Shown piece after piece: positions 31,323 to 42,065 of a DNA stretch of 64,000 nucleotides (its first letter is position 1; each line of letters begins with the position of its first letter). A program made the translations under genes and the position numbers. The notes beneath the pieces were generated by a model. The model saw nothing but the letters and a program-made list of their open reading frames with translations. It did not search any database and was not told the origin of the DNA. This stretch comes from a virus (lineage: Duplodnaviria; Caudoviricetes): the IMG/VR virus record IMGVR_UViG_3300021399_003033, positions 1 through 64,000 of that record; one strand, 5' to 3'.

Positions 31323-31835
31323 ATGATGATTACTTTTTTAAATACTGCTGCTGAATTAGGGGGATTAAATGCTTTAACCTTTCTAATTTTATTTTTCTTT
31401 GCTGTAAGAGAAAGTTATAATTTTTGTATTTGGGTAAAAACTGATATATTAGATAAATATCATAATAAAAAAAATCTTCATGAAAATACAGAAGAGTAGT
31501 TTGAAGCATTAAAAGAAATGAATCAAAAAGAAGATAAAGAAATTGAATATCTAAAAAAGCAAATAGAAGAATTAAAAGAATAGTATGCTCATTGTTCAAA
31601 TAATCAAGTTGAATATCATTTAGCTATAGTGCGTAATACATTATATCATATTTATAATAGATGCCGTAAACATGGTTATATTGATCAAGCTGAATATGAA
31701 TCTTTTGAAAGTTTAAAAATGTTTTATTTAAATAATGGTGGTAATTCTATTTTTAAACATAAAGTAATTCCATATATTGATAGTTTAACAGTTAAAGGTA
31801 TTGATTTTGAATCTGAATCTGCTGAAGAAGAATAA
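31323..31835 (+). CDS. Membrane protein of a type usually found in Firmicute phage lysis cassettes (holin-like), 170 aa (2 TAG=Gln)
   Basis: N-terminal transmembrane segment (GGLNALTFLILFFFAV), coiled coil, and C-terminal Y..C..HGYI...EYESFESLKMFYLNNGGNS. Family recognised from memory only. Confidence 0.5.
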
Positions 31836-31888
31836 AAAAAAATAAGGAAAGAATCTTATAAAAATAGATTCTTCCCTTATTTTTTTTG
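31835..31888. terminator. Bidirectional terminator at the convergence of the two arms
   Basis: A9-TAAGG.AAGAATCT / AGATTCTT.CCTTA-T8; A- and T-runs flank both sides. Confidence 0.75.
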
Positions 31889-32191
31889 TATTTTTTTAAA
31901 AATTTTATTTGTTATAAAAATTATTTCTTCTCCATAAGTAGCAATTAAATCAGCTAAAAGTTCTTCCTAATCTGAACTTAAATAAATTTTATAGCTGAAC
32001 ATTGCTGCATGAGTAATTTCATGACATAAAACTTTTTTAGTTTTTTGTAGAGATAAATTATTGGCTATATAAATAGTATGATTATCTACTACAGTTGCTC
32101 CTAATGTATATTCTCCATTAGGTCGCTATAATATATAATAACTGGGTGATACAAATTGTATCACCCAGGAAATTTCATTTATTTTAAACAT
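31877..32191 (-). CDS. Small HEXXH zinc metallopeptidase-like protein (ImmA/IrrE-like), 104 aa (2 TAG=Gln; absent from the ORF track)
   Basis: MFKINEISWVIQFVSP...TIYIANNL...KVLCHEITHAAMFSY...QEELLAD. Confidence 0.7.
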
Positions 32192-32780
32192 TTATTTTAG
32201 CTGCAATTCCTTGAATTTTTTTCTATAACATCTATTTTTCTTCTGGAGAAGCTTTTCTTACCATTTCAGTAATATCCGCACTTAAATCCTAAAGATATGA
32301 TTCAAGTTCTTTCATTTCTACTTCAGAACCTTTATGCATTTCTTTAGATTCCATATACATTCTACGTTGCATAGGACTGCGGCCTTCTCTATAATCTCTA
32401 AATTCTTGCGGCCAGTATTCTTCATGATAATAACTGGTTCCATTTCCGCCAGAAGAAGAATTAGAATTAGAAGAACTTCCACTATTATTAGATCCCATTC
32501 CAGAAGAAGAACTTCCTTCGCTATAATACATTTTTCCATTAGAATATTCCATTGGACGATTATAATTCGTAGTAGAATAATAATATGTATTTTGTTTATC
32601 TTTATCTTCAGAAGACTTTTCCATAGCTTCGGTAATGGTACAATAATAAATAGCTTCAGCTAAATCTTTTATCATATCTACTGCTTCACCAAGTTCTTTA
32701 GTATCAACAGTATCTAAATGACTCATTTGACCTTGTACAATTGCAGTTAAATTCTGTTTCATACTTTTTAATTCTTCCAT
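32184..32780 (-). CDS. Cassette protein, helical with a Ser/Asn-rich linker, 198 aa (3 TAG=Gln)
   Basis: The 32289-32780 ORF extends through TAG to ...ASPEEKQMLQKKIQGIAAKINV-TAA, overlapping the next ATG. Confidence 0.7.
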
Positions 32781-32782
32781 GA

Positions 32783-33205
32783 TTAAGCCGTCCTTTCTAC
32801 AATAAGATTTGCATTTTGAACAGCTATATCAGCAAGACTCACATTTTTTACACTAATACTATAGCAGCATCCAATAGGAATATCTACATATGTACTAGCA
32901 TAAACATTGTTTAAATCACCTGCGGCCGCCGGTGTAGAGATCATTCTACTGGTCTATAATCCTTCGCCATTAATAGCAATAGCTAAGGCAACAGGTGCGA
33001 CAGTACCGCCTTCTGGAACGCCAATATTAGCGCCAAAAGATACACGGAATCTTGCTCTACATTGTCCATTTGGAAGTGCGCGCAAGGTTACTATGCCACT
33101 ACCCTCTCTATGAATGATACTACAATTACCATTAACTGCGGTTTCAGTAAAAAGGACATCATTACTGGCCTCAACGGTTTGAAGAGCATTAGCTGTAATT
33201 TCCAT
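32783..33205 (-). CDS. Cassette protein, beta-rich, resembling the BclA C-terminal/C1q-TNF fold, 140 aa (1 TAG=Gln)
   Basis: MEITANALQTVEASNDVLF...FRVSFGANI...ALAIAINGEGLQTSRM...VDIPIGCCYSISVKN...ANLIVERTA. Confidence 0.55.
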
Positions 33206-33224
33206 ACTATTTTCCCCTCCTTAA

Positions 33225-33995
33225 TTACATTGTTCCACAACAACGTCCGCAAGAACTATTATATCCATAATAGTTTCCAGTGTATGGATTAGGAACAACA
33301 TAAGCCGGTGCGGGAGTTGGATTTAAAGCATTTACAAGATACTGATTCTGAGCAGCCTGAGACTGAGCAAATTTAAGAGCTTGATTTTCAGCAGTAAGTT
33401 CACTAATCTTACCCTGAGTTAAGAAATCAAAAATACTTCTTGTATTAGCATTTTGATTTTCAATAATAGCAGCTTTAGCATCTGCGACAGCCTGACGATC
33501 AGCGCAAGCTTCAGTAGCTAAGTTGTAATTTAACTGAGCAAGGCCCTGAGCTTCCTGATATTTAACATCACAGAATCCTGCAGCCTGGTCAGTAGCAAGT
33601 CCAGCAATCTGAGTTGCAAGAGTATTAGTATTAATTGCTCCAGAATAAATAGCGCTCTGAACAGCATTGTTAACACCGTTAAATCCATTGTTTAAATTAG
33701 TAAGTAATGCAGCATTATTATTGCAAATAGATGTCTGAATACCATTAATTCCATTCATGATAGAATTAGTATCAAAACTATCAGCAATATCACTACGGGT
33801 TAAATATCCCTGGAATCCTACATTATTTCCATTATTACCCCAGCCGTTGCCATTGCCCCAGCCGCCAAATAATGCAATAATGAAAAGAAGAATCCACCAA
33901 CCGCCATTGCCAAAATTATCGCCCCAGCCATTATTATTACCAGTTGCTGCAGCGATATCAGATAAAGAATAACCTTGATTACCGTTATTAAACAT
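33225..33995 (-). CDS. Cassette protein: Gly/Trp-rich transmembrane N-terminus, long coiled coil and Cys-rich tail, 256 aa
   Basis: GAGGAGG RBS before the ATG at 33995; GGWWILLFIIALFGGWG; ends SSCGRCCGTM. No TAG. Confidence 0.75.
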   Translation of the reverse strand: MFNNGNQGYSLSDIAAATGNNNGWGDNFGNGGWWILLFIIALFGGWGNGNGWGNNGNNVGFQGYLTRSDIADSFDTNSIMNGINGIQTSICNNNAALLTNLNNGFNGVNNAVQSAIYSGAINTNTLATQIAGLATDQAAGFCDVKYQEAQGLAQLNYNLATEACADRQAVADAKAAIIENQNANTRSIFDFLTQGKISELTAENQALKFAQSQAAQNQYLVNALNPTPAPAYVVPNPYTGNYYGYNSSCGRCCGTM

Positions 33996-34008
33996 CTTTT
34001 TTTCCTCC

Positions 34009-34251
34009 TCAACGAATGTTAAGCGACTACTTAAAGATTTTAGACTATTCATCAAAGTTTAATCCTTTTTGTTGACAAATATTTCTAGCAATTTGCTCTA
34101 AAGCATTAAAATCTCCTTTTTGAGCTAATTGAGCTAAATTTTGTCCCATAGGAGTATTACCTAATTGTGACTATTGTAAATAGTTTAAAATCATTTGTTG
34201 AGGATTCTTGCCTTGCATAATCTACATTAACATATTCATATCAAAATTCAT
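34009..34251 (-). CDS. Cassette protein, Gln/Met-rich, 80 aa (4 TAG=Gln; absent from the ORF track)
   Basis: AAGGAGG RBS; MNFDMNMLMQIMQGKNPQQMILNYLQQSQLGNTPMGQNLAQLAQKGD... Confidence 0.7.
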
Positions 34252-34654
34252 ATTTAGTTACCTCCTTAGTAGTAGTAGAAGAATTATTATTATTTAAAGA
34301 ATTTATTTTTGTAGATAAATCTTGTAAAGCATTATTAAATTCTTCCCGAGTAATAAAATTATTTACATTATTACTCTATTCTACTGGAAGCTAACTTAAT
34401 TCATAACATTGCATTGTTGCAGTGCCATCCATATTAATTTGTTTTGTGTAGATTCTTTTATTGGCTAGATCTGGAAAAAAGAAAATTGATCCATCAAAGT
34501 CAATAGAAGTAGCTCGTGCCTCTTCTAAAGATGATACAGGCTTGCCTTTTAATAGAGTATTATTATTTATCATATTCATATTTCCTGCATAAGAATTCGG
34601 TACGATGCTATTTCTATAGAACTATGACGGAACTGTGTTGTTGTTATAATTCAT
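34241..34654 (-). CDS. Cassette protein, 137 aa (3 TAG=Gln)
   Basis: GAGGA RBS; Asn-rich N-terminus, then LKGKPVSSLEEARATSIDFDGSIFFFPDLANKRIYTKQINMDG...FITREEF. Confidence 0.7.
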
Positions 34655-34832
34655 TTTCAGTTCCTCTTTTGTCACTTTTTTTTGCAATTATTATTAATCG
34701 CACATTTTTTTCAAACTTTTCTTTTTATAGATGACAAAATATAAGATTATAATACTAATTTTATATTTTGTTTTAAAAAAATTTTAAGCGCCTAAAATAT
34801 TTTTTCTGAAAGAATAAGACGTCTCTCACTCT

Positions 34833-34880
34833 CTCAATATATTATGAAAATTAGAATTCTGAAATTAATAACGTGTGCCC
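34833..34880 (-). promoter_or_regulatory. Putative late-promoter motif, copy 1 (upstream of the cassette)
   Basis: GGGCA-CACGTT-ATTAA...TATTGAG (36 nt after GGGCA). Confidence 0.5.
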
Positions 34881-34913
34881 AAAAATTTTCAAATAAAACA
34901 TTTAAAAATTTTT

Positions 34914-35324
34914 TTATTTATTTTCATTAACAGCAGCTTCTATTGATGAAGCAATATATGCGTTTAAATCACCATAGAACTCTGTAAGATAACGTCTAGC
35001 TTCAGAACTCAAATTTTTCTAAACAATTAATAAAGCTTTCTAAAAAGCAAGCTATTGTGCTTCTATATCAAAATGTCCTTGCTTTTTTAACTCTTCTACA
35101 TATGTTTGATTTGTTGCAATAACACTTTTTGTAATTGTGTCTTCTAACATTTGTATATATTTATTTAATTTATCTGTATATCTTAAATCTTCTCTTTCTT
35201 TATTTTTTAACTAAATTTCTTCACTTTTTATATGAATGTATTTAATTAAAAATGTAGTTAAAACACCAAGTAAAGGAATTAAACAAACTTGGAAAATTTC
35301 ATTAATTAAAATGCTCCATTCCAT
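34914..35324 (-). CDS. Phage holin (LL-H-like), 136 aa (4 TAG=Gln; absent from the ORF track)
   Basis: GAGG RBS; single N-terminal transmembrane segment (FQVCLIPLLGVLTTFLIKYI); TNQTYVEELKKQGHFD...YGDLNAYIASSIEAAV. Confidence 0.65.
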
Positions 35325-35329
35325 ATTTA

Positions 35330-37420
35330 TTACCTCACATATACCCAAATACGTCCATTTACTTTTATTTCTTCTGTGGGACCATCTTTGACAGACCCTC
35401 CTGCATGCCAGACTGTATAGGTTGGTATTTCTGAAACAGTTCCTATTATACGTTCTGGATATTCACGGATTTCTTCTCTAGTCATAATATCTACAGTACC
35501 ACCTGGCGCCGCACATACTGCAGCTCCAAGTTCATATTCATTTCTATCTTTAAAAGGATAAACTAAAACTCTACCACTTACTGCTATTGGAGTTTTAGCT
35601 TTTTTTGTTTCTCCCATTGCTTGTCCATAAGTATCAGATATAATTTTAGCACCAGGTGCTAATCTTTCTTGTGCCATTGTCATAATACCATTTTTCTATT
35701 CTATAACTACTCGTCCTGGTTCAATAGTATCTCCTTGACGAAATTCAGCATAATCATTCCAAACTGCTTGATATGCTCTTGTATGATAAGAATAACCATT
35801 ACTAAGATTAAAATAAAAAGGTCTTAATGAATTCCAGTTATTACCTGGAGTATTAGTTGTTCCTACTAAAAAATAAAAATTACTTCCATCAACTCTTAAT
35901 ATAACACTTTTTATTCTAAATCCATTATCTGCACCAGATATATATTCAGCACTATTATATATATGACCAGTAAAATCATATGAAATACTACCCTAAGCAC
36001 CATTTTCTTTTCTAAAACGCATTCGGTTAGCATCTGCTTGAACATATCCATATCTTGTTCCACCATTAAGAGCATTATAAAAACCAATCCAGTTACCTGT
36101 CGTTCTAACGCTCCCACCCCATGTACTTCCAGTTGCATAAATATTTGCAACAGTTGGATTTGTACCTGTATTTGCACTAGCTCCACATTGAACATTTGCC
36201 CAATATAAAGCACCAGGATTTTTAGTCGTTACAATAGCATATCCAACAGTATTTGTTCTAGCAACTGTTGTATCAGGTAAATAATAATCTTCGTAATATG
36301 ATGTTCGTGTACCATTACTGTTAGGTGAATACTATCTAAAAAACCATTTTGCTGGATACTAATATGTTGCAGTAACTGCACTAGAAGCATCTCCAGCTGT
36401 AGCATAAGTCTTTCTAACTCCAGGAATTTGATAAAACATATTAGCCCAATTTGTTTGAGCAATTGTTGTATATGTTGTTGTACCAGTGCCAATACCACTC
36501 GTACCAGCTCGACTATCAATTCTTAAATTTGGCCAAATACTTCCTGCAACACTTGAAATTAAATAAGTTCCACTATATGCAGCATAAGCACCATTAGTTA
36601 ATGTATTTCCATTAATATATAATCTATATTCAGTATCTTTTCCATTTACACCAAGATAAGTGTTTATTTGCCAATAATTATCTACACAAGATAATATTGC
36701 TGAACTTGATGAATTTGATCCATTCCGAGTAATATAAAATTTTCCATCGTTATTAAAAATTCCCCAAGTGTTAGCAGAAGTTCCAGAATCACCAGTTAAA
36801 TCATTTCCACATAAAATTATATCTGACCAATCTCCCTAAGTATGAATTCTGATTCCTTCTCTATAATTACCATTATTTGGATGTAAATGTAAGCATCCAT
36901 CTTGTAATCTTGCTCTATTATTTAAAAAATTTATAAAAGTAGTATTTTCATATCCTAGGTATAATCCGGAAGAACTAGCAGAAATAGAAATATTACCATT
37001 ATTATGATTACGAATTAAATTATACCAAGTAGAATTATAATAATTTTGTAAAATAGCTGCATCATTTTCATGATTATGTTTTATAGTATCTGATATTCCA
37101 GAGACTCCATTAACTTCAAATTTATATCCATCTGTAATAGAAGTTTTATTAATTGCAAGACTATCATTATTTATAAAAATATTTTCTGAAGAGGTTAAAA
37201 TCTAATTAGTATTAAAAAATAAACTTCTATTAGAAGTTAATCCTTCTCCAACAATATTTTCTAAATTATTTATTTTTAATTTACCATCATTTTCCTATAA
37301 ATAGGCTGATAATCTACTATTTCCAATAATAATCTAGTCTAAAGTAGTAAGAGGATAAAAATAGTTTTCGCTATTTAAATCCTTTAAAGGTATTTGTGGC
37401 TTCAAATACTCATTAGCCAT
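35330..37420 (-). CDS. Tail fibre/appendage protein with a C-terminal intramolecular-chaperone-like (peptidase G2-type) domain, 696 aa (7 TAG=Gln)
   Basis: AAGGAGG RBS; one frame open except for TAG; WNDYAEFR...EPGRVV...IISDT...IAVSGRV...IIGTVS. Confidence 0.7.
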
Positions 37421-37450
37421 TTCTATCCTCCTTTATTAAATTTCAAAATT

Positions 37451-37479
37451 TATATATTACAATTTTCCTGTTTTGTCAA
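37451..37479 (-). promoter_or_regulatory. sigmaA-type promoter within the structural arm
   Basis: Minus strand TTGACA-17-TATATA, upstream of the ATG at 37420. Confidence 0.55.
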
Positions 37480-37538
37480 AAATTTTTTAATAAAAACTAT
37501 TAAAATTTTTTGTTAATTTTAAACAAAAAATATACAAT

Positions 37539-40500
37539 TTAAGCAGTTCTTTTCCACATATATACTACTAAATATGGTGGTAATGTAGAAGCAGAACCAG
37601 AAGTTTCATTACTAGCTGCTGATGTTGTTGGAGTAGATTCTCCAGTGTTTGCATTACTTGCTCCACCTGAAGTAACTGCAGAACCAGTAAATCCATGATT
37701 ATGAGCTCCACCACCACCTTGCCTAGCAGGATTTCCAGATAGACCAGATGTATGAGGCCAAGTACCAGAACCACCATTTGCAGTATTTGTCATATTAATT
37801 TTCCAGTTTCCACCAACATTACCAGCTCCACTCCAAGTATAATACATAGGATGTTCATGAGCTGGCATTTCAGCAACAGTTAAAGTATGATTTCCAACAG
37901 TACCAGCTGCAGTAACACTATGAGTATGTGCCATAGTATGACTATGAGCAACAGTATGAGTATGAGTAATATTATGTGTATGTTCAGTACTACCACCAGT
38001 ACTACCCGCTGTATAAGTTCCATCTTTACCAATTAAAAATCTTCCACCTAAAGCTTCCCAAGTACCACCAAATAATGTTTCTGGATTAGTACCACTAACA
38101 CTTATATAAATAGATCCAATAGGATATATAGCATTTAACCACTATTGTTTCGTCATACCTGCAAATGTATCTGCATTTAAAGTAGAAATACTTCCAGCAG
38201 CTGTTCCTGTAAAATCCTATACAACAGAACCAACATTATAAGAAACATTCGCACTATTACTAAAACTAACTGGATTTTCAGAATTTCTTTCGAGTGTTAA
38301 TGAATATTTTAAACTACCAAAATAAGTAGTTGCATAAACATTTCTAAATTTTTTAGAAGAAGAACCAATATCTTTACTGGAATTAGCATTCGCTAAAATA
38401 TGACCAGTAAAAGTTTTATCTCCACTAAAAGTTTGAGCATCTGTAGTAACAATACCACTAATACTAGAACTTGCTTTTGGAATTTCTGCGCTAGTCTTAG
38501 TTATACCAGCAAAACTAATATTTATTTTAGGTCCAGCTGTTGTACCATTAGTCCAAGCAGAAAAATTTACATTATTTGTATCTGCTATTGTATATGAACT
38601 AGCACCAATCTAATGTTTTAATCCTAAAGCATCTGGTACTTGTAACCATATCTAATCAGCAGCATCATTACCAACGCCAATAATAAAACGTCCAACTTCT
38701 CCAGATGTAGCTTCTGTCGGTTCAGAACCTTCAGCAACAGCAGTAACACCTTTAGCATGATACTAAATAAAAGCACGATCAGAAGGAGAATTAATCCTTA
38801 AATTACCACTCTAAGAAAGAAAAGCAATTCCACTAACTCCTTCTAAACCACCATGTAAAACTAAATTATTATGTTCTAAATTATATCCACCGCCAGATTG
38901 TAAATAACTAGAATCTCCAGTCATTCCATATAAATGAACTGCATCTCCTGGATTTCGAGTCCAATCTGAAGGAATTCTACCTTTTTCTAATTTAGGTAAA
39001 ATTACTATTACATTTGTATTTACTTGAGTGCCTAATAACTATAAAATAGTAATATTTTTATATCCAGAAGTACTACTATTAGTTTTCCAACAAATCCAAT
39101 ATCTCTACCAAGTATTTGTTATATCATTAGCAATCTAACCATTATTTAAATTGTCAATAATATACATGCTACTATTATAACCTTCAGCTACCGCGGCAGA
39201 TTCAAAATAACTATATAATTTTATATTTTTATTAGCTTTCGCCCAGAAAGAAAGTGTATACCATGTATTTGGTTCTGGTTCAAAAGCATTATTATAACTA
39301 ATAGATATATTGTTCGATAAAGATGTACTTCCAATATTTAATCTTTTTCCACGACAATAATTTATTGGTAAATTTTCTGTATAATTATCTCCACTCCATC
39401 CATCCATATACTATGTATTTGGAAGAAGATTCATCCCAGAAAATTTTGTTTGTAAATTTGGTTCATTAAAAATAAAAGCAGTAGAAGTTAAAGGATTTGT
39501 ATTTGTAATAGATACTTGCCATCCATGTGCCCATTTTTCAACAGTAGCATTACTATGTCCTACAATAAGATTAGTAATAGCTATTTTAGGATAACTCCAT
39601 ATAGTAGTAGTTTCTCCAATAGTGACATAAACATTATTTGAATCATCTTTACCAAAACGAACTATTAAATTAGATAAATTTCCCGTACCTTCAGAATAAG
39701 CTTGCGCATGTTCCCAAATATTAGTTGATGTATAATCATATCCTCCAATATGATAGGTAGCTAATGTTTTTTTATCTCGCTCATAAGTATAAATCTAAAC
39801 ATCAAATCTTAACATTGTTGATGTTTTTGACTAAGGTAATTTTATAATTAACATACCAGCTTTATTATTATCTGAGTAAGTAGCAGTACCACCCTCTGGA
39901 AAAGCTATATATGTATTATCTGCGGCGACCGCTCGTGTGGTAAACACGCCCCTGTTGCTAAGAGACGCAGCCATCGTTGCTGCTGTATCTGCATTATCAC
40001 CACGCCAAATCCATCCTTTACGAACTTCTTTATTATCATTATCTAATGTTTTTGCAATAGTAAAATAAGTTGCCCAATGAGAATTAGAATTATCATTCGT
40101 AACGTCACCAAAAGAACCTCCATCAGCAACCTAAGCATAAGAAATGCCATAATCAGCAAAACCATTCGGATTAGGACCACCATATAATGAAATTCCTAAA
40201 CCGCTTCCACTAATAGAAGAAATACCTAATGTATTTACAGAAACATCTCTTAAATTTCCATCAGCAGAATTATTTATATAATAAGTAGTACCATTAGCAA
40301 AATAAACAATTCCATCATGAGTAACATTACCTTTAAATAAAGATGTTCCATTTACATATAATTTATGAGATGTATTAGAACCATTAATACCTAATCCATC
40401 TTTACCAATTTGAGTATAACCACCATCAGTCTATATATTTAATTTAGCTACAGTTGTACCATTACTTTTACTGATAATTTCATTGCCATCAAATTCAAGA

Positions 40501-41141
40501 TGCTAACCAGTCTAACTTCCAATTATAAGCGGTGCCGCATTAGCTGCAGTTCCAGAAATATCTGTTGTTGCAGTAATAACAACACTATTATTAAATAATG
40601 ATTTTCCATTTACTTCAAAATTATATCCAGAAGTAATAGAAGTTTTATTAATTGCTAATGCTGTATCATTAATATAATTAGTAGTAGAACCAATTATTTT
40701 TGTTCCATTAAAAAATAAAGGTCTATTAGAAGTAAAACTATCATTATTAGTGCCACCATATTGAATAGAAGTTATCTAGGTAGTACCCCCACCAGCAACT
40801 CGCCAATGGTCTTTTGCCTCATTATATACAAACCAATAATACTATTGAGCAGTTAAAAAACTTTTATTAATACCATTAGTATCATCTACAAAAATTGATT
40901 TTGCTCCAGTATTATTTACATTTAAGGTAGGACTATTGGCCGTATTTGTATTAGTAAAAAGGACTAAAATTTTTGAACCGTCAATTAATTCAAAACTACC
41001 TTTAGTAGTAACAGATTTTTCTTGTGTGCCTGCCGCAGTTGTACATGTTCCAAAATTTAAAACATTACCACTTAAATTGGCATATAAATCTCCAACAACT
41101 CTAGCAGACCCATTTACTAATAAATCTTTTAATTGAGCCAT
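37539..41141 (-). CDS. Long tail fibre protein with a C-terminal T4 gp10/gp12-like His-rich domain, 1200 aa (more than 12 TAG=Gln)
   Basis: The 40842-41141, 39135-39407 and 37539-37934 ORFs are one frame; C-terminal YPIGSIYISV...FGGTWE...HTH repeats...LPPYLVVYMWKRTA. Confidence 0.8.
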
Positions 41142-41180
41142 TCAGTTTTTGTCCTCCCTTCTTTTTTATTATTATTAAAA

Positions 41181-41417
41181 TTAAGCTTGATTATTACGTT
41201 TAACTATTGTTATAACTCTATCAATAAAATTATTAAAATCAGATTTAATACTATCTAAATCTGAATCCATATCATCTATATTAACTGCAAAATATAAACT
41301 ATTACCTCCAGAATATGAAGCATTCATAGAAGCAATTGTTGTTTGATTGCTGTCTTGAGACATTGCATTAAAATTCATATTTGTATCATTCATAATAAGC
41401 ATCCTTTTTTCCTCCAT
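41181..41417 (-). CDS. Hypothetical protein (up to 78 aa)
   Basis: Intact ORF between fibre genes. Confidence 0.55.
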   Translation of the reverse strand: MEEKRMLIMNDTNMNFNAMSQDSNQTTIASMNASYSGGNSLYFAVNIDDMDSDLDSIKSDFNNFIDRVITIVKRNNQA

Positions 41418-41459
41418 AGTTTTTTATTATATATAATAAAAATCGACTAAAGACAAAAT

Positions 41460-42062
41460 TTATATTTCATAAAATTCATTTGCATAAATACGACCAGTTT
41501 TTGTTATACTAGCCTTATTAAAAATATCTTCAGTAGTATTTATTATAGAACCTAATTGATATTTAGGATTTTGTATTTGCCATGATATAGCAGCACTATC
41601 TTCAGATGTTTTTAATCCAATACCATCATAAACAGTTAAATCCCAATAACCTGTATTAGAAGTAGATAAATTAGCACTACCCCATGTAATTGTAGTCCAA
41701 GTATTTGCAGGAATATTAAAAGTTGTTGCTGTCCTTTGTACATCATGATCATTTCCACTCCAAGAAACTCCATTTGGAACTTTATTATTTATATCAATAA
41801 CTAGAGTATGAGCAGAAGGAACTTTTACTTCTATCGTAACCCTATAATAAGTTCCATAAGGAAGGATGTGATCTTTTAAATGTACTCCACTACCCCAACT
41901 AGAAGAAACTACTGGACTATTTATTATATATATCCCATTAGATAAAGTATAAGAACCAGAATTATAATTATTAAACCCTTTAAAAGTTAAATTAGATAAT
42001 CCAAATTCTATTATCTAATCTTCAGCAGTCAAAACACCTTTTTTATTTATATTAACATTCAT
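41460..42062 (-). CDS. Beta-sandwich/carbohydrate-binding-like tail accessory protein, 200 aa (1 TAG=Gln)
   Basis: Open frame to TAA; Trp/Thr/Ser-rich; the C-terminal GRIYANEFYEI resembles the end of the upstream LamG protein (GNFHAYEFVEG). Confidence 0.55.
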
Positions 42063-42065
42063 ATC

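Noticed and set aside
1-31835. Bacterial chromosome origin of the left arm (gyrA/B, ligA, dnaE, gmk)
   Set aside because: The genes are packed with small hypotheticals and phage-type Sak4/RuvC/primase genes, use a non-host code, and are contiguous with tail and holin genes.
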